DNA of 62,667 nucleotides, filler included, from Globobulimina sp. (lineage: Eukaryota): the NCBI GenBank assembly GCA_003354225.1. It is 33 parts of 33 records of this genome, joined end to end, with 100 filler letters (N's around TTAATTAATTAA, not from the genome) between each part and the next. Parts side by side here need not be neighbours in the genome. Positions count along the whole stretch, not along the records: positions 34,250 to 36,051 come from PIVH01011785.1; positions 36,152 to 37,953 come from PIVH01011786.1; positions 38,054 to 39,855 come from PIVH01011787.1; positions 39,956 to 41,757 come from PIVH01011788.1; positions 41,858 to 43,659 come from PIVH01011789.1; positions 43,760 to 45,561 come from PIVH01011790.1; positions 45,662 to 47,462 come from PIVH01011791.1; 26 more parts are not named here. One strand, 5' to 3'. Shown here piece after piece: positions 35,978 through 47,562 of the stretch (positions within the stretch are counted from its first letter, which is position 1; each line of letters begins with the position of its first letter). A model generated the notes under the pieces. The model did no database searches, was not told the DNA's origin, and was given only the letters and a program-made list of their open reading frames with translations. Both the position numbers and the translations under genes were made by a program.

Positions 35978-36151
35978 TACGCAGCGATATAAAAAGAAAC
36001 ATTCGTTTACAACTCGTGGCTCACCCGGTAGATCTTAGAACATTTTCAGAANNNNNNNNNNNNNNNNNNNNNNNNNNNNNNNNNNNNNNNNNNNNTTAAT
36101 TAATTAANNNNNNNNNNNNNNNNNNNNNNNNNNNNNNNNNNNNNNNNNNNN

Positions 36152-37953
36152 TATCATAACAGATAGGTATTTTTCATCATATGTATAAATTAAAATTGTT
36201 CGTTTTTTCCGATAAATAAATAGGATCAATACAAATGTCTGGCTCAATATAAATAGATAGAATGGCATTCTGGTAAAACAATCACACTGATTTTGTAGAT
36301 GCAATGTTTATGTTTATTGTGATATGATTTATTTTGATGGAGCTCAAACATTTATTAAGTTACAGTGCATTTACCGTTTGGGTACACAGACTTTTGCAAC
36401 ACCCTTTATATTATATCAGCAATAATGTCCATAATTTGCATTGTTTGCCGTATATAACAGCTATAAAATGGGTATCATTTTCCTTCCAATTTCCGTAAAT
36501 TATATCCATTGTTGTTTGATAATCACATAAAAATTAAAAAGTATCTTTTTTCATCCAATGTTAATTGTTCACCAATCAAGGCAGTCCTATATTGATTGAA
36601 TATATTTTGATGCATTTTATGTTTAATGAATGAATTCCCCGATCCAACAACTTTTGGAATTGAACACAAAAATGTTGCTTATTTGTAGTGGTAATCTGAG
36701 TGTATGACTGCTAGATTTGCGCCAATATCATAGCAATATTGAAGTGCATCAAATCGCATGTTTTGCTCAGTTTCATCAAAAATTTCAAAATTCAGTAAAA
36801 TAAGTATAAGACTTGCTTTGTCTGTGATTTTATACAATAATATTGATATATACGCACAGTTTCAAAATGACAAAACAAACACATATAAACAACACTAAAC
36901 AAACACATATAAACAACACTAAACAAACAAATATAAGCCACAATAATGGAACAGACAGATGCACACATTTGTGACAACAAAAGATCAAACGATAAGGGAT
37001 CGCCGTCAATTACATTACTGCCAGAAACGTCGACAATTAAATCAAATATACTGTTTAAAATTCACTTCTCCAAAACAAACATATTTATTTGATGAACATA
37101 ATTGATTTAAATCAGATGTAAATGGTACATTATTAGTAATTATTGCTTGAGAATCATTAAAGTTTGGGGAAATTGTTTACAGTGCCATTGTTATCATCAC
37201 ATTGTGGACGGTGACACATTTACGAGGTACCATTTTTTGTGTGTTTGTTTATCTATGATACATGTTTGTTGTGTGTTAATATTAATACATTCTGAGTGAT
37301 ATTGTTAAAACTAGGGCACATTCTTTATTTTGATGATTTTTGAAATTACAGAATTTGTAAAAACTTTGACTTTGGATAAACATTTTGCTTTCAGATGGTT
37401 GAATTTGTGTATTTTGCTATATATTTGGATTTGTTATATCAATACTGATTACTGAATTATTATGCCATTCATTATTCTATTCAATACGGGATTATTATGT
37501 CAATCAAGAGTGACTCGCAAGCTAAACAAGAATAAGATAGAATAAGATGCATTCAAATGCATAAAGATGACAAATCTGTTTCTCATATTGAATTTATGGA
37601 AATATTTGGCTCAACAAGTTTATGTTGATGGTGGATTTCACACAATCACAGCATTGAAAAGACATGTTGAGCAAGAATGAGCAAGATTCCTGTTCAATTC
37701 TTAGAAAATTTGGCAACTAGTAGGCAGAGAAGATGTGAGTTAATTAGTAGCTGAAAAACATGAAGTCAGATATTCACATAAATGACACTTTAATTGTTCT
37801 ATGACACTTTATTTGATTCATATAACGTTAATGACATGATATTCCAATCAAATACAATATACTATGCAACAGTACATTGTATTTTGTATCATAACAGATA
37901 GGTATTTTTCATCATATGTATAAATTAAAATTGTTCGTTTTTTCCGATAAATA
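36152..37953. repeat. Terminally redundant contig (67-nt identical ends): 1735-bp circle or collapsed tandem repeat unit
   Basis: 36152..36218 is identical to 37887..37953; no substantial ORF. Confidence 0.9.
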
Positions 37954-38146
37954 NNNNNNNNNNNNNNNNNNNNNNNNNNNNNNNNNNNNNNNNNNNNTTA
38001 ATTAATTAANNNNNNNNNNNNNNNNNNNNNNNNNNNNNNNNNNNNNNNNNNNNCGTGTTGATGTCTGCTATAAAGATATATAATTTGTACAATGCATGAA
38101 TAAAAAATAAAAGGTAAATATTATTAATAATAAAATATATTATCGT

Positions 38147-39802
38147 TTACAACTCAGTCTCTGTGATGGACTCAACGCCGGCGGTGACGCGGTAACATCG
38201 CAAGCCTAGATTGTCATTCGTCGAATACCTATTTGTAATCTCATCGCATAAACTCGCCGCAAAGCTGCCATCATTCACATCCGCCACAATCTGACTCTTT
38301 TGCTCCGCGGTGGCGCCTTCCAGCACCATTGGCACCGTATTAAATCCATAAATGTAATAACACGGATTGGCGCAGAATGGCCCACGGCGAGAAGACGCAG
38401 ACTCGTCCACATTGGCTGCGGTTAAACCGACATACGGCTCGGCCAACGTAGCAAACATTAACTCTTCGATGGCCGCACCAATGTCATCATAATCATAGGA
38501 GTGCGTCAACCAAACAATCTCTGCGGAGACGCGGATCGCATACCGTACGCCATCGCTGATCGTCGGCGCATTGGTCACTCTCCATATCGACGGTGCCAAT
38601 GACGGCTTTTTTGTGGGCACTTTGGTGGGGGTTGCCGATGGAGGCAATGTTGGCTGTCCATTCTCTGAACACACATTCCGGCCAACTCCGTCATAACATC
38701 TGTCCACAGTGCTTGTGTCCACTGCGCCCTTCACATTAAAGTCGCTGTTCCAGCCACCACCGCTGTGCTCGCACAACAATTCGATTTGCGGATTTGCGCA
38801 TAAACTCAGTGTAGAAACATACCACAATCCACCATCATGACTGCAGGCGGCTCGGTCGCCATCGCAGCAGGAACACGCTGCGCCACTTTTGTATGGATAT
38901 TGGTGGCCATAATTGCCGGGCGGATAATAGTTGCACGTAAACATCAGTTTGCCCCACGAATAACTGCTCGATTTGGACGAGATGCCGTCACATTGTCGAA
39001 ATCCGCAGCCCACATAACGTGTATTTGCCCTTTACGCAGTGCTATGTTGTCGAGTGTGGCTGAGATATCTGTCATATATTCATACCATACGACTTGTGTA
39101 TAATGTCCCGCCGCAGAATCAAAGCTGCTTTGATAGACATACTGCTCCGCTTCGTCGCGACTCCATCCATCCTCGATCCCGCCGCACATTCCATAATTCT
39201 TATCGCCATAAACTGCATTCAATGCTGGCGCAGCTCCAGAAATATACAAATTCTCTCCGCAGCTATCCGTCGATTGTCGGTTCCATTCGGCTGTCAACCC
39301 CTCGCTGCTTATTATATTCGTCATTCGCGAGCTACAATCGGTTGAATGTTCGAAATAACCTACACATTATACGCCATTTTGGTTTATATGGATACAAATG
39401 CCATCTCATAGCATACATTAATTCATACATACATTGTGACGACCATTCGGTTGCTAATCTTTCCAATGTCACACTCCATGACAACGCATTCATATCACAT
39501 GATTGAGGTTGGTACGAACCGCCTGGTCCGGGGTATAAACCACGTGCTGTTTCACTGCGGATTTTGTTATGTAAATCCAATATGATTTGTTTGTCAGTGT
39601 TGCTTAATTCAGATGGATTCGTCAATCCTCTTCGAACATTCCTATCATACACGCCTTGTACATATGATATCATGTCCGGATGAGAGGAAATCGCGTTTCT
39701 TGCATCAAATTCTATTACATTGGGATTAGAATATACGCCTTGTTGGCTATGAATAAATTCAGCACAAACTGTTGCTGAGAATGCCAAGAATAAATATTCC
39801 AT
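38147..39802 (-). CDS. Secreted CAP (SCP/PR-1/CRISP) domain protein with three introns
   Basis: Signal peptide, IILDLHNKIRS, DMNALSWS..LERLATEW, CGENLY, GHYTQVVW|ANTRYVGCG, CNYYPPGNY; then a PT-rich linker and C-terminal domain. Confidence 0.93.
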
Positions 39803-39955
39803 TTTACAAAAACGTTTGTGAGATTATTAGGATGGCGTTTTTCGATGAAAAAAAANNNNNNNNNNNNNNNNNNNNNNNNNNNNNNNNNNNNNNNNNNNNT
39901 TAATTAATTAANNNNNNNNNNNNNNNNNNNNNNNNNNNNNNNNNNNNNNNNNNNN

Positions 39956-40108
39956 CGTTCGTCGCCCCGTCGCGAACGCGATTACGGTCGATCGCCACCC
40001 AGACGACGATTTTCGCCGCCTCGAAATCGTCATTTCGCTTCGCCCCCACCGCCGCCTTATGGCAGCTGGCAGGATCGTTGGTGGGAAGATTCCCGCCCCC
40101 TGCAATAA
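39956..40108 (+). CDS. C-terminal end of Arg/Ser/Pro-rich ORF directly upstream of the glycoprotein
   Basis: Frame from 39956 reads RSSPRRERDYGRSPPRRRFSPPRNRH...WWEDSRPLQ-stop. Confidence 0.45.
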   Translation, partial: RSSPRRERDYGRSPPRRRFSPPRNRHFASPPPPPYGSWQDRWWEDSRPLQ

Positions 40109-41757
40109 TCCGGAGCAGGACCGACGTCAGTTGAATGTAAGTCCTTTGTATTTTACGACAGTTTGCTTATTGATATGTACATTAGGTTTATCCTGTGTAG
40201 CAGCCGAGGCCACGAACTTGACTGCCAATAACAAATTTAGTATTTGTGGTACTGCCAGGGGAGGGTTACCTTTGGCCATCCCCAGGTCTGTTGTTTGTAG
40301 GCCACCCAAGGAAAGTCTTGTTACAAAAGCTAGAGTTCAAGCTTACGTAAAGAAAGATAAGCCTACAACAACAACCGCTTGGCGTTGCCACATAATAAAA
40401 AGGACTGTATGTACGCATAAAAGTGTTCTTTGGGGTAGAGGACTGGTCAAAGACACTACTGAGTATATCTCGATGTCTTTGATTGACTGTCACCAGGCTA
40501 TAAATAATCATACAGTGAAAAATATCCCTTTGTTTCAAATCAGAGACAAAGTTTGGTCTACAAACAATACTTTGCAAATCCAGTATAAGTATTGTTGCTA
40601 TGATTATTGCCAGAGTGTCGAAAATTACATATTAGAGATTGGCACAATTGCCACTCTAGATTATAATCATGTATTTTCGGACTTGGGCGAGTTAGCTGGT
40701 TGTCAAGTCGAAACAGGCCAATGTTTAACAACAGACAGCATTTTCGTTTGGAATGCACCTGCGTTAACCGCCGCCGTGTGCCAGTGGCATCTGCAGACTA
40801 GGAAAGTCTATGATGCTACTGTAACCGACGATCATATTCTTATTGAAGAAATGCAAGGTGCCTTTTCCTTTCAGAATGCACTAAAGCGCGGTTGGGAAAT
40901 TAATGATGGACAATATATGAAGTACTGTATTCCCATCAGGTCACTTAAAACTGACCAAGGTGAGATATACGTACATTTTATTGAGGGACTGCCACATTTA
41001 TGGGAGGAAGCGCTAAATTCAAAAAGCCCCACCCATATGCATTACCAGCGCAAAAAGTTCGCAGTCGACCCTATTTTAGCCAACTTTACACAGGGTGACG
41101 TTGAAAATCCGAAACTGCAATTTCTATTCGACCAAATTTCGATTTTTCAAACAAAAAGTTTTCGAACCGTTTGGTTGAGTTTGTGCGACGTCGCAAACCG
41201 TCAACTAAAAATTATTTGGCAATTTTTGGCCCTCGATCCGACGCTTGGAGCTCGTGCGCTCCTGGGCCACGATAATATACATGCAACCTGGGCTGGTGAA
41301 GCACTAATCATCAATACCTGCCGAACTGTATACGCTGATCATATTTATTATGATATGCGTGTCAATGGGAACTGTTATGTTTATCTGCCTGTTTTGTTAA
41401 ATGAAACAGTCATGTTCCTATTGCCAGGTACTCGAGATTTAGTACCGGAATCGCCTACAATACCGTGTGAGCATCGTACACATGCTATTTATCGCAAAGA
41501 TAATAAATGGTTTTCCCACAATGGTCAAGTACATGTGGAGCCATTTTCTATCGAACTTTCGTGGCATAAAGAACTTTATCATACTGTGTTTAAAGCGCCA
41601 GCGGTTTTTAAAGACCGTCTGTCAGGAGTATTAGCTGTAGTTACAACACTAAGGCATAATACATGGCGCGCGCTCAAAATTGAGCGTCAACTAAACCATT
41701 TGATAAATTATACAGCCGAACTTTCACTAAATCCTAGTGTTTTTGTCAGTGTCCTTA
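40059..41757 (+). CDS. Viral-type class III fusion glycoprotein (chuvirus G / herpes gB-like; possible retrotransposon env), 3'-partial
   Basis: Signal peptide, Cys-rich ectodomain with N-glycosylation sequons, LALDPTLGARALLGHDNIHATWAGEALIINTCRTV (gB/chuvirus core motif), CYVYLPV...FLLPGTRDL...IPC; intronless. Confidence 0.8.
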
Positions 41758-41857
41758 NNNNNNNNNNNNNNNNNNNNNNNNNNNNNNNNNNNNNNNNNNN
41801 NTTAATTAATTAANNNNNNNNNNNNNNNNNNNNNNNNNNNNNNNNNNNNNNNNNNNN

Positions 41858-43008
41858 AATGGGATATCCCTTATGGCGGAGTGTGAATTATCATAGACCG
41901 CCTTGATTATTTTGCAGAGATTGATAGGTAAATTAAAATGGTGGTGTAGTTTGTAGAAAAGTCCTTTGCGCCAAACGGTGTCAAAGGCTTTTCTGATATC
42001 AAGGGAAGCACAGTAAAGAGGTTTGTTTTGCTGTTTGGCAGTCTCTGCAATGAGGTGCAGTGTGCCGATTTGCTCAGGGACTCCTCGTTTAGCTCTATTT
42101 CCACCTTGTAAAATATGTAAGTTTCTCCTAAAGCCGTGTTTAATATTCATATTCCATAACAGCAAACGTTCGTATATTTTGAAAACGAGGGGTAAGAGTG
42201 TGATCGGCCTGTATTGGTTTGGAGTGTCACCATCAGGCGTTTTCAATATGGATATAATGGAACCCAATCGGCAGAAGTAAGGGATGTGATATGTGCTATT
42301 CCAGACATTAAACATTGAACATAACAGTTCATTGATGAGATCATTATTCAGTCTCAGATGCTGTGATTTGATGCCGTCGTAGCCCGGCGCAGAATTTGCA
42401 TTGGAGAATTTAATGGCAGTTTCAACTGCGGAGTACTTCAAATATGGGTCGACAGCGTCTGAAGATGTGGAATTTTGGGAGTCTGCAGTGATAGGAATAG
42501 GGGAGAAATAAGGGACTGCGCCGAGTGTTATATGTTGCATATCCATTATTACATCATTATCATCATCATCATCATTCGAGGGAATTTGGTCGGATTGGTG
42601 CTCTAAATGGAAGATCTCATTTTGGATGGCATCATTGTGGTCGGTACTGTTAGGATTATACTGTGGAATGTCATTGGGTGAGCAGTGTGTGGGCCAAGGT
42701 TCTGTTTCATTAGATATTGATTCAAGAGGTGGAGGAGGCAGTGTAGTGACAGGGTCATTCTCGGAAGGTTTGGAAGGGATAAATTGGATGTCGTTATGGA
42801 TGAAATTATTAAGATCGACATTGAATTGGTTTATGTCTCGGATTTTTGTGTTGGATATTGGGTCTCGGATTGGGCCATTTATGGAGGCAAAGAATTCGGA
42901 AAGAGCCACATTTTTGGGCGTTAATTCTCCTTTGTGGCGTAAGTATGGCTCATCTTCCAGGCAATCAAGGCTCCTGTACATAGATTTGAAGCGTTTGAGT
43001 TTACTTTT
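41858..43008 (-). mobile_element. Non-LTR retrotransposon reverse transcriptase, N-terminal half
   Basis: SAPGYDGI, YRPITLLPLVFKIYER, LQGGNR, LDIRKAFDTVWR.GL..KL; truncated before YADD. Confidence 0.93.
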
Positions 43009-43055
43009 TCACTAAGCTTAAGCAAACGTTTTTTTCTCTGATTATAGATCTAGTA

Positions 43056-43659
43056 ATGAAGTCGAACTCTTCCAACCTGAACAATAATTATTCTCATCAA
43101 CAATATCAAAATATGCATCCGAACAACTATTCAATTCCTCCACATTATTACCCCCCAAATATTGCACATAACTTTTCACATCAAATTCAACCCCAAATGC
43201 AACCACAACAACAACCACATTTGCCGCTACATTATCAACCTCAACTACCTCCGCCACCAATTAATCAACACTTGAATAATATTAATATTAATAATAGCAA
43301 TACTCACGGATTCAATCATAATATTAATTATATTCCAGACGGAAACAACAATAATAATAATTATCCCAACAATAACAGTCAAGATATACGCAGACGGAAT
43401 AATATTAATAATAATAACATTAATAATAACAACGGCAACAATAATAATAATAATAATGGCAACTATCAATATAATGGGCATTTTAATACTCGATTCCAAG
43501 CAAATAATCGAGTTCAAAGACCTAATAATAACAAAAATTGGCATAATAATTATAATAATAATAGATTTAGAAATAATGGTAACAATAATATGAATAATGG
43601 TTTCCATGAAGAAAAATCTCAAAATAATAACAATAACATGAATAACATGAATAATATGA
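43056..43659 (+). CDS. Gln/Pro/Asn-rich low-complexity protein fragment
   Basis: About 200 open codons of Q/P then poly-N; preceded by a pyrimidine tract and AG that could be a splice acceptor. Confidence 0.55.
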
Positions 43660-43759
43660 NNNNNNNNNNNNNNNNNNNNNNNNNNNNNNNNNNNNNNNNN
43701 NNNTTAATTAATTAANNNNNNNNNNNNNNNNNNNNNNNNNNNNNNNNNNNNNNNNNNNN

Positions 43760-44418
43760 AAAAATGCGAACAAAGCCATCGAAGACACAGGGAATGTCAC
43801 TTGGATTTCAATGGTGGTGGGGTACTTATAGCAGTCCTGATATGTTAATCGATTCGTTGAACACGAAATGTCTAATTGCGAATAGATATTGCTTCCAATA
43901 TTGCCGTTGCTCACTCGCAACAATGACGCATTCCAGCCATAAATACGGATTACAACCGGAATATATGCAAAGGGCAATATTAAATACATTATTACCAATA
44001 TTAAGCTAAAAGATATAAAAAAAGCTAAAGCCCACTTAATACCTTCGCATAATTGCGAATTCCAAAATGGTATCAATCCGAAACAGCCAGCGGTTGACTT
44101 GCTGGAATCTGTCTCATTCTCATAATAAAAATATGCAAAGGGTATCACCACCAACACGCAGGCGGCCGTTAAATAAAAAGATATGGTCCATACTATGGAC
44201 ATATCCAAACCACCACCTGTTTGAGCATTGACTACGTCAAATGGTAATATTAACACATTTGCACATGCCACATATAAACCAAATACTACAATGATTTTTG
44301 GTAACCACGCTGTATTCTTATCATCCGCATGTTGCATATAAACAATACTCATTGTAATGCCAATTAATAATACAATGGATATTACAATAGCTGTAATAAT
44401 TAAAAAAGGGTCTGCCAT
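43760..44418 (-). CDS. LMBR1-family (LIMR/LMBRD) membrane protein, 5' part
   Basis: YMQHADDKNTAWLPKIIVV, VLILPFDVVN, VIPFAYFYYE. Confidence 0.88.
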
Positions 44419-44599
44419 TGTATTGTCTTTTTATCTTTTTGTCCTACTCAAGTGAAGCAAAAAGTTGTTTGCAAACAACCAACCATCACATCAAAGTCTC
44501 AGAAGTTCAAAGTGAATGCGAAATAAACATTAATCATTAACAGAAATCAAACACCTATCATAAGTTTAACAACAAACCGATTTCCCAAATTTAATCAGA

Positions 44600-45561
44600 A
44601 TGGCTCAAGAAAATATTGATATTCCCGATCAAATTAGTTGGACAAAGGACACAAAGGAACAAACCTACAGAGGAACGATGGTCACATCGCGTCTTAATAA
44701 TGATGCGCTAAATTTTAGTCCACAGACATTTAACAAAAATGCAGCTCGTTCAGATGCAATTTCATTTCCAAGTGATATTTCTGGTGATGCTATTGATATT
44801 AGTTTTAATCCCGTGATACAACCACAAGCCACCACTGGTTACAGACCAAAACAACCAGAACCAATTATTTATGTGGTACCCACCGCAAAAAAACAGTCTG
44901 AGGAATACAAAAACAATTCGACTCACGCCAATGCTCCATTATATGATGGATTTCAACCACATTATGCACATCATTCAAATTGTATGGATCCGACGCAAAT
45001 GCAAGATACGGTTCAATCCATTTTAATTGGCTTACAGGAGAATGGACTCATTGATTTTTATCAAAAATCACCATTTGTTGTATGTCCCATCTGTCCCATC
45101 TCATAGATAAATCTGTCTATGTTCATGTTCGGTGATTCGCAATCCAACATTTTTTTTGTTTTTTTATTTTATTTTATTTTGTCAGTATGCAGGAAGGGCG
45201 TATGGATTATATGATGATTGTGAATTTTTATTGAGCATATTCTCGGATGAAATATCGCAATGTATCGTAGAGATACGACGCAGTTCAGGCGAATCATTTG
45301 AATATGCAAATATTGAGAATAGCATATTAAAAGAATTATTATCAAAAAGAGCAATCTCCGCCAGCCATGACCATGACAATGACCATGAAAATGATAACGA
45401 AGAGAGTCTATCCGAGGATAATAATACATCATCATTTGGCTTTGGCTTTGGTTTTGGTTTTGCGTCCTTGCCATCATTGGATAGTATGGAATTGGATTCA
45501 AATTTTAGCGGTACCGATGAGGATGATGATGATAGCAAATGTTCATATTTTCAGAAAGAAA
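44600..45561 (+). CDS. Hypothetical protein with KA1-like segment; intron 45080..45185; 3'-partial
   Basis: Exons join as KSPFV|YAGRAY; CEFLLSIF...IVEIRRSSGESFEY resembles the KA1 C-terminal motif; divergent from the LMBR1 gene across about 180 bp. Confidence 0.55.
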
Positions 45562-45945
45562 NNNNNNNNNNNNNNNNNNNNNNNNNNNNNNNNNNNNNNN
45601 NNNNNTTAATTAATTAANNNNNNNNNNNNNNNNNNNNNNNNNNNNNNNNNNNNNNNNNNNNTGTTCGTGCATATTTTTTATGATTGGTTGTTTAAACATT
45701 TTTTTTGGAAAAGAGTGCTTGTTGAATGATTTCACTACATCATAGATTTAGAAACATTTTGCATAAAATCCGAATCCGAAAGAAGTCAAAAAAAATTAAC
45801 AAGAATCTATGTTGAAATTTAACAAGTCTACAAAAACAAAAAAACGAAACAAAACAAAAAAATAAAAATTACAATGATTTATGTATTGTATAAAAATATT
45901 TGTAAAGATAGAGAAAGAAAATCAAAAAAAAAGCAAATAATTCAT

Positions 45946-47462
45946 TCAATCGAGATATATATTGGTTGGTTGTGTTTGTATTAAATTGGTTTGGAATTTA
46001 AATCGCGAATACGAATCATGTAAAAGTCGAAGTGTTTGCTTTCCCGCATCTTTTAAATTTAAAAATAGCTCTTTCCAATCCCTAATTTTCATACCATAGC
46101 GATGCGAAGACATCATTGTTTTATGGGAGCTCATCAATTTCGTGGCGCACGAATACGAAATGTTAATCTCCATCGGCGCAGAGCCGCGGACTATGAATCG
46201 CCGATACATCATATCATAGATCGGTATCAATGCACTAAAGTCGATGGACGAGGTAAAAATATCCGACTCGTCTTCGACTGGTAAGGGAGATAAATCCGCC
46301 ATTGCTACGACAATATTTGGTGAGGAGTGACTAATTACATTCCTTTGATTGACTTCATTCAATTTAAGTTTATTCAAACGCGCTGCGATGCTTTTTTTGT
46401 GGATTATCATTGCTTTTTCGTCTTCTTCGTCTTCTTCATCCTCTGCCTCAACCTCATTATTATTGACATTCATATTGATATTGGTATTTATTTCATTTTC
46501 ATTTTGGTTTTCATCGACATCGACCTCGGCCTCCGGTGTATTGGACGAGATGGAGGTCAATACCATCAGAGCGGAGACGGAGGTGTTGTTTATATTATTT
46601 ATGCTGTGGGCATCTATATTGTTCGTATTATTATTTTGTTCATCCGTGCTATGCGTGGTGGTCAATGATAATTTATCCGGTTGTTTCAGACCAGCACCAT
46701 TGATCCCATTCGCTCCCTCATTCTCAAAAGAATGGGATGGTGTTCCTGCATATTACAATCAGCATTTATCACAATATCTGACATGCAAATCATTGGACAG
46801 CTCCATAGTCCATACAAACGCTTCTGAAAAGGGCAGAAAATGCAGAAAAACATGGAATTGTATGCCTTTTCAGAAACGTTTCTATCGCCAATGCCCATAA
46901 ATGTGTTATACCTTCGTGCAATTTCTTAAATGACTGCTTTTTAAACGCAAATAACTGTTTTATGGCTTCTTTTTTTATTGAATCACTATTGGCTCTCCTA
47001 TGCATTCTCTCTTTCATCCCGGAAATATGCAAAATATCGGTTTGCGATTTGCTTCTTTGTGCGGATACAATTTGTTTTTCTTTTTCCTTTTCCTTTTCTT
47101 TACGTTTTCGCAATTTGTTAGTCTGCGATTCAATGATTGGTGGCTTGGGAATATCGTTTGGAATATCAAACGTTGAATGTTTAATTAATAAAAACTCAGC
47201 CCGTAAATAATCAAATTCAATCAAAAAATTCTGAAAATGTATCAAAACCGTTAAAAATAATAAAGTTTCCGTGCTAAATTCACGGGTAATATGCTGCATT
47301 AATTCTGAATAACCTTCTTTTGTAGATACAAATTGTTTGAATTTTGTTGTTAAAGGTTCTGAAGATTTGGCATTTGACGATTTATATTTTTTACTCCGAT
47401 TCTCATTTAAGAGGATTATTATTTTGGTGGCATAAAATAAATAAAATAACAACAATGAGCAT
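45946..47462 (-). CDS. RGS-domain protein (probably 7TM-RGS C-terminus), 5'-partial; intron 46746..46911
   Basis: Hydrophobic stretch, then FVSTKEGYSELMQHITREFSTETLLFL...IYDMMYRRFIVRGSAPMEINISY...LLHDSYSRFK. Confidence 0.85.
46812..46885. mobile_element. Small inverted-repeat element inside the RGS intron
   Basis: ATACAAACGCTTCTGAAAAGGGCA pairs with TGCCTTTTCAGAAACGTTTCTAT (2 mismatches, 1 indel); TA on both flanks of the core. Confidence 0.6.
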
Positions 47463-47562
47463 NNNNNNNNNNNNNNNNNNNNNNNNNNNNNNNNNNNNNN
47501 NNNNNNTTAATTAATTAANNNNNNNNNNNNNNNNNNNNNNNNNNNNNNNNNNNNNNNNNNNN

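Noticed and set aside
34711-37953. Alternative genetic code explaining stop-rich contigs
   Set aside because: TAA, TAG and TGA all interrupt the frames examined, and conserved genes elsewhere end in standard stops.
39956-43008. Glycoprotein and neighbouring RT as one enveloped retroelement
   Set aside because: Separated by a spacer; the RT is non-LTR type and on an unlinked contig.
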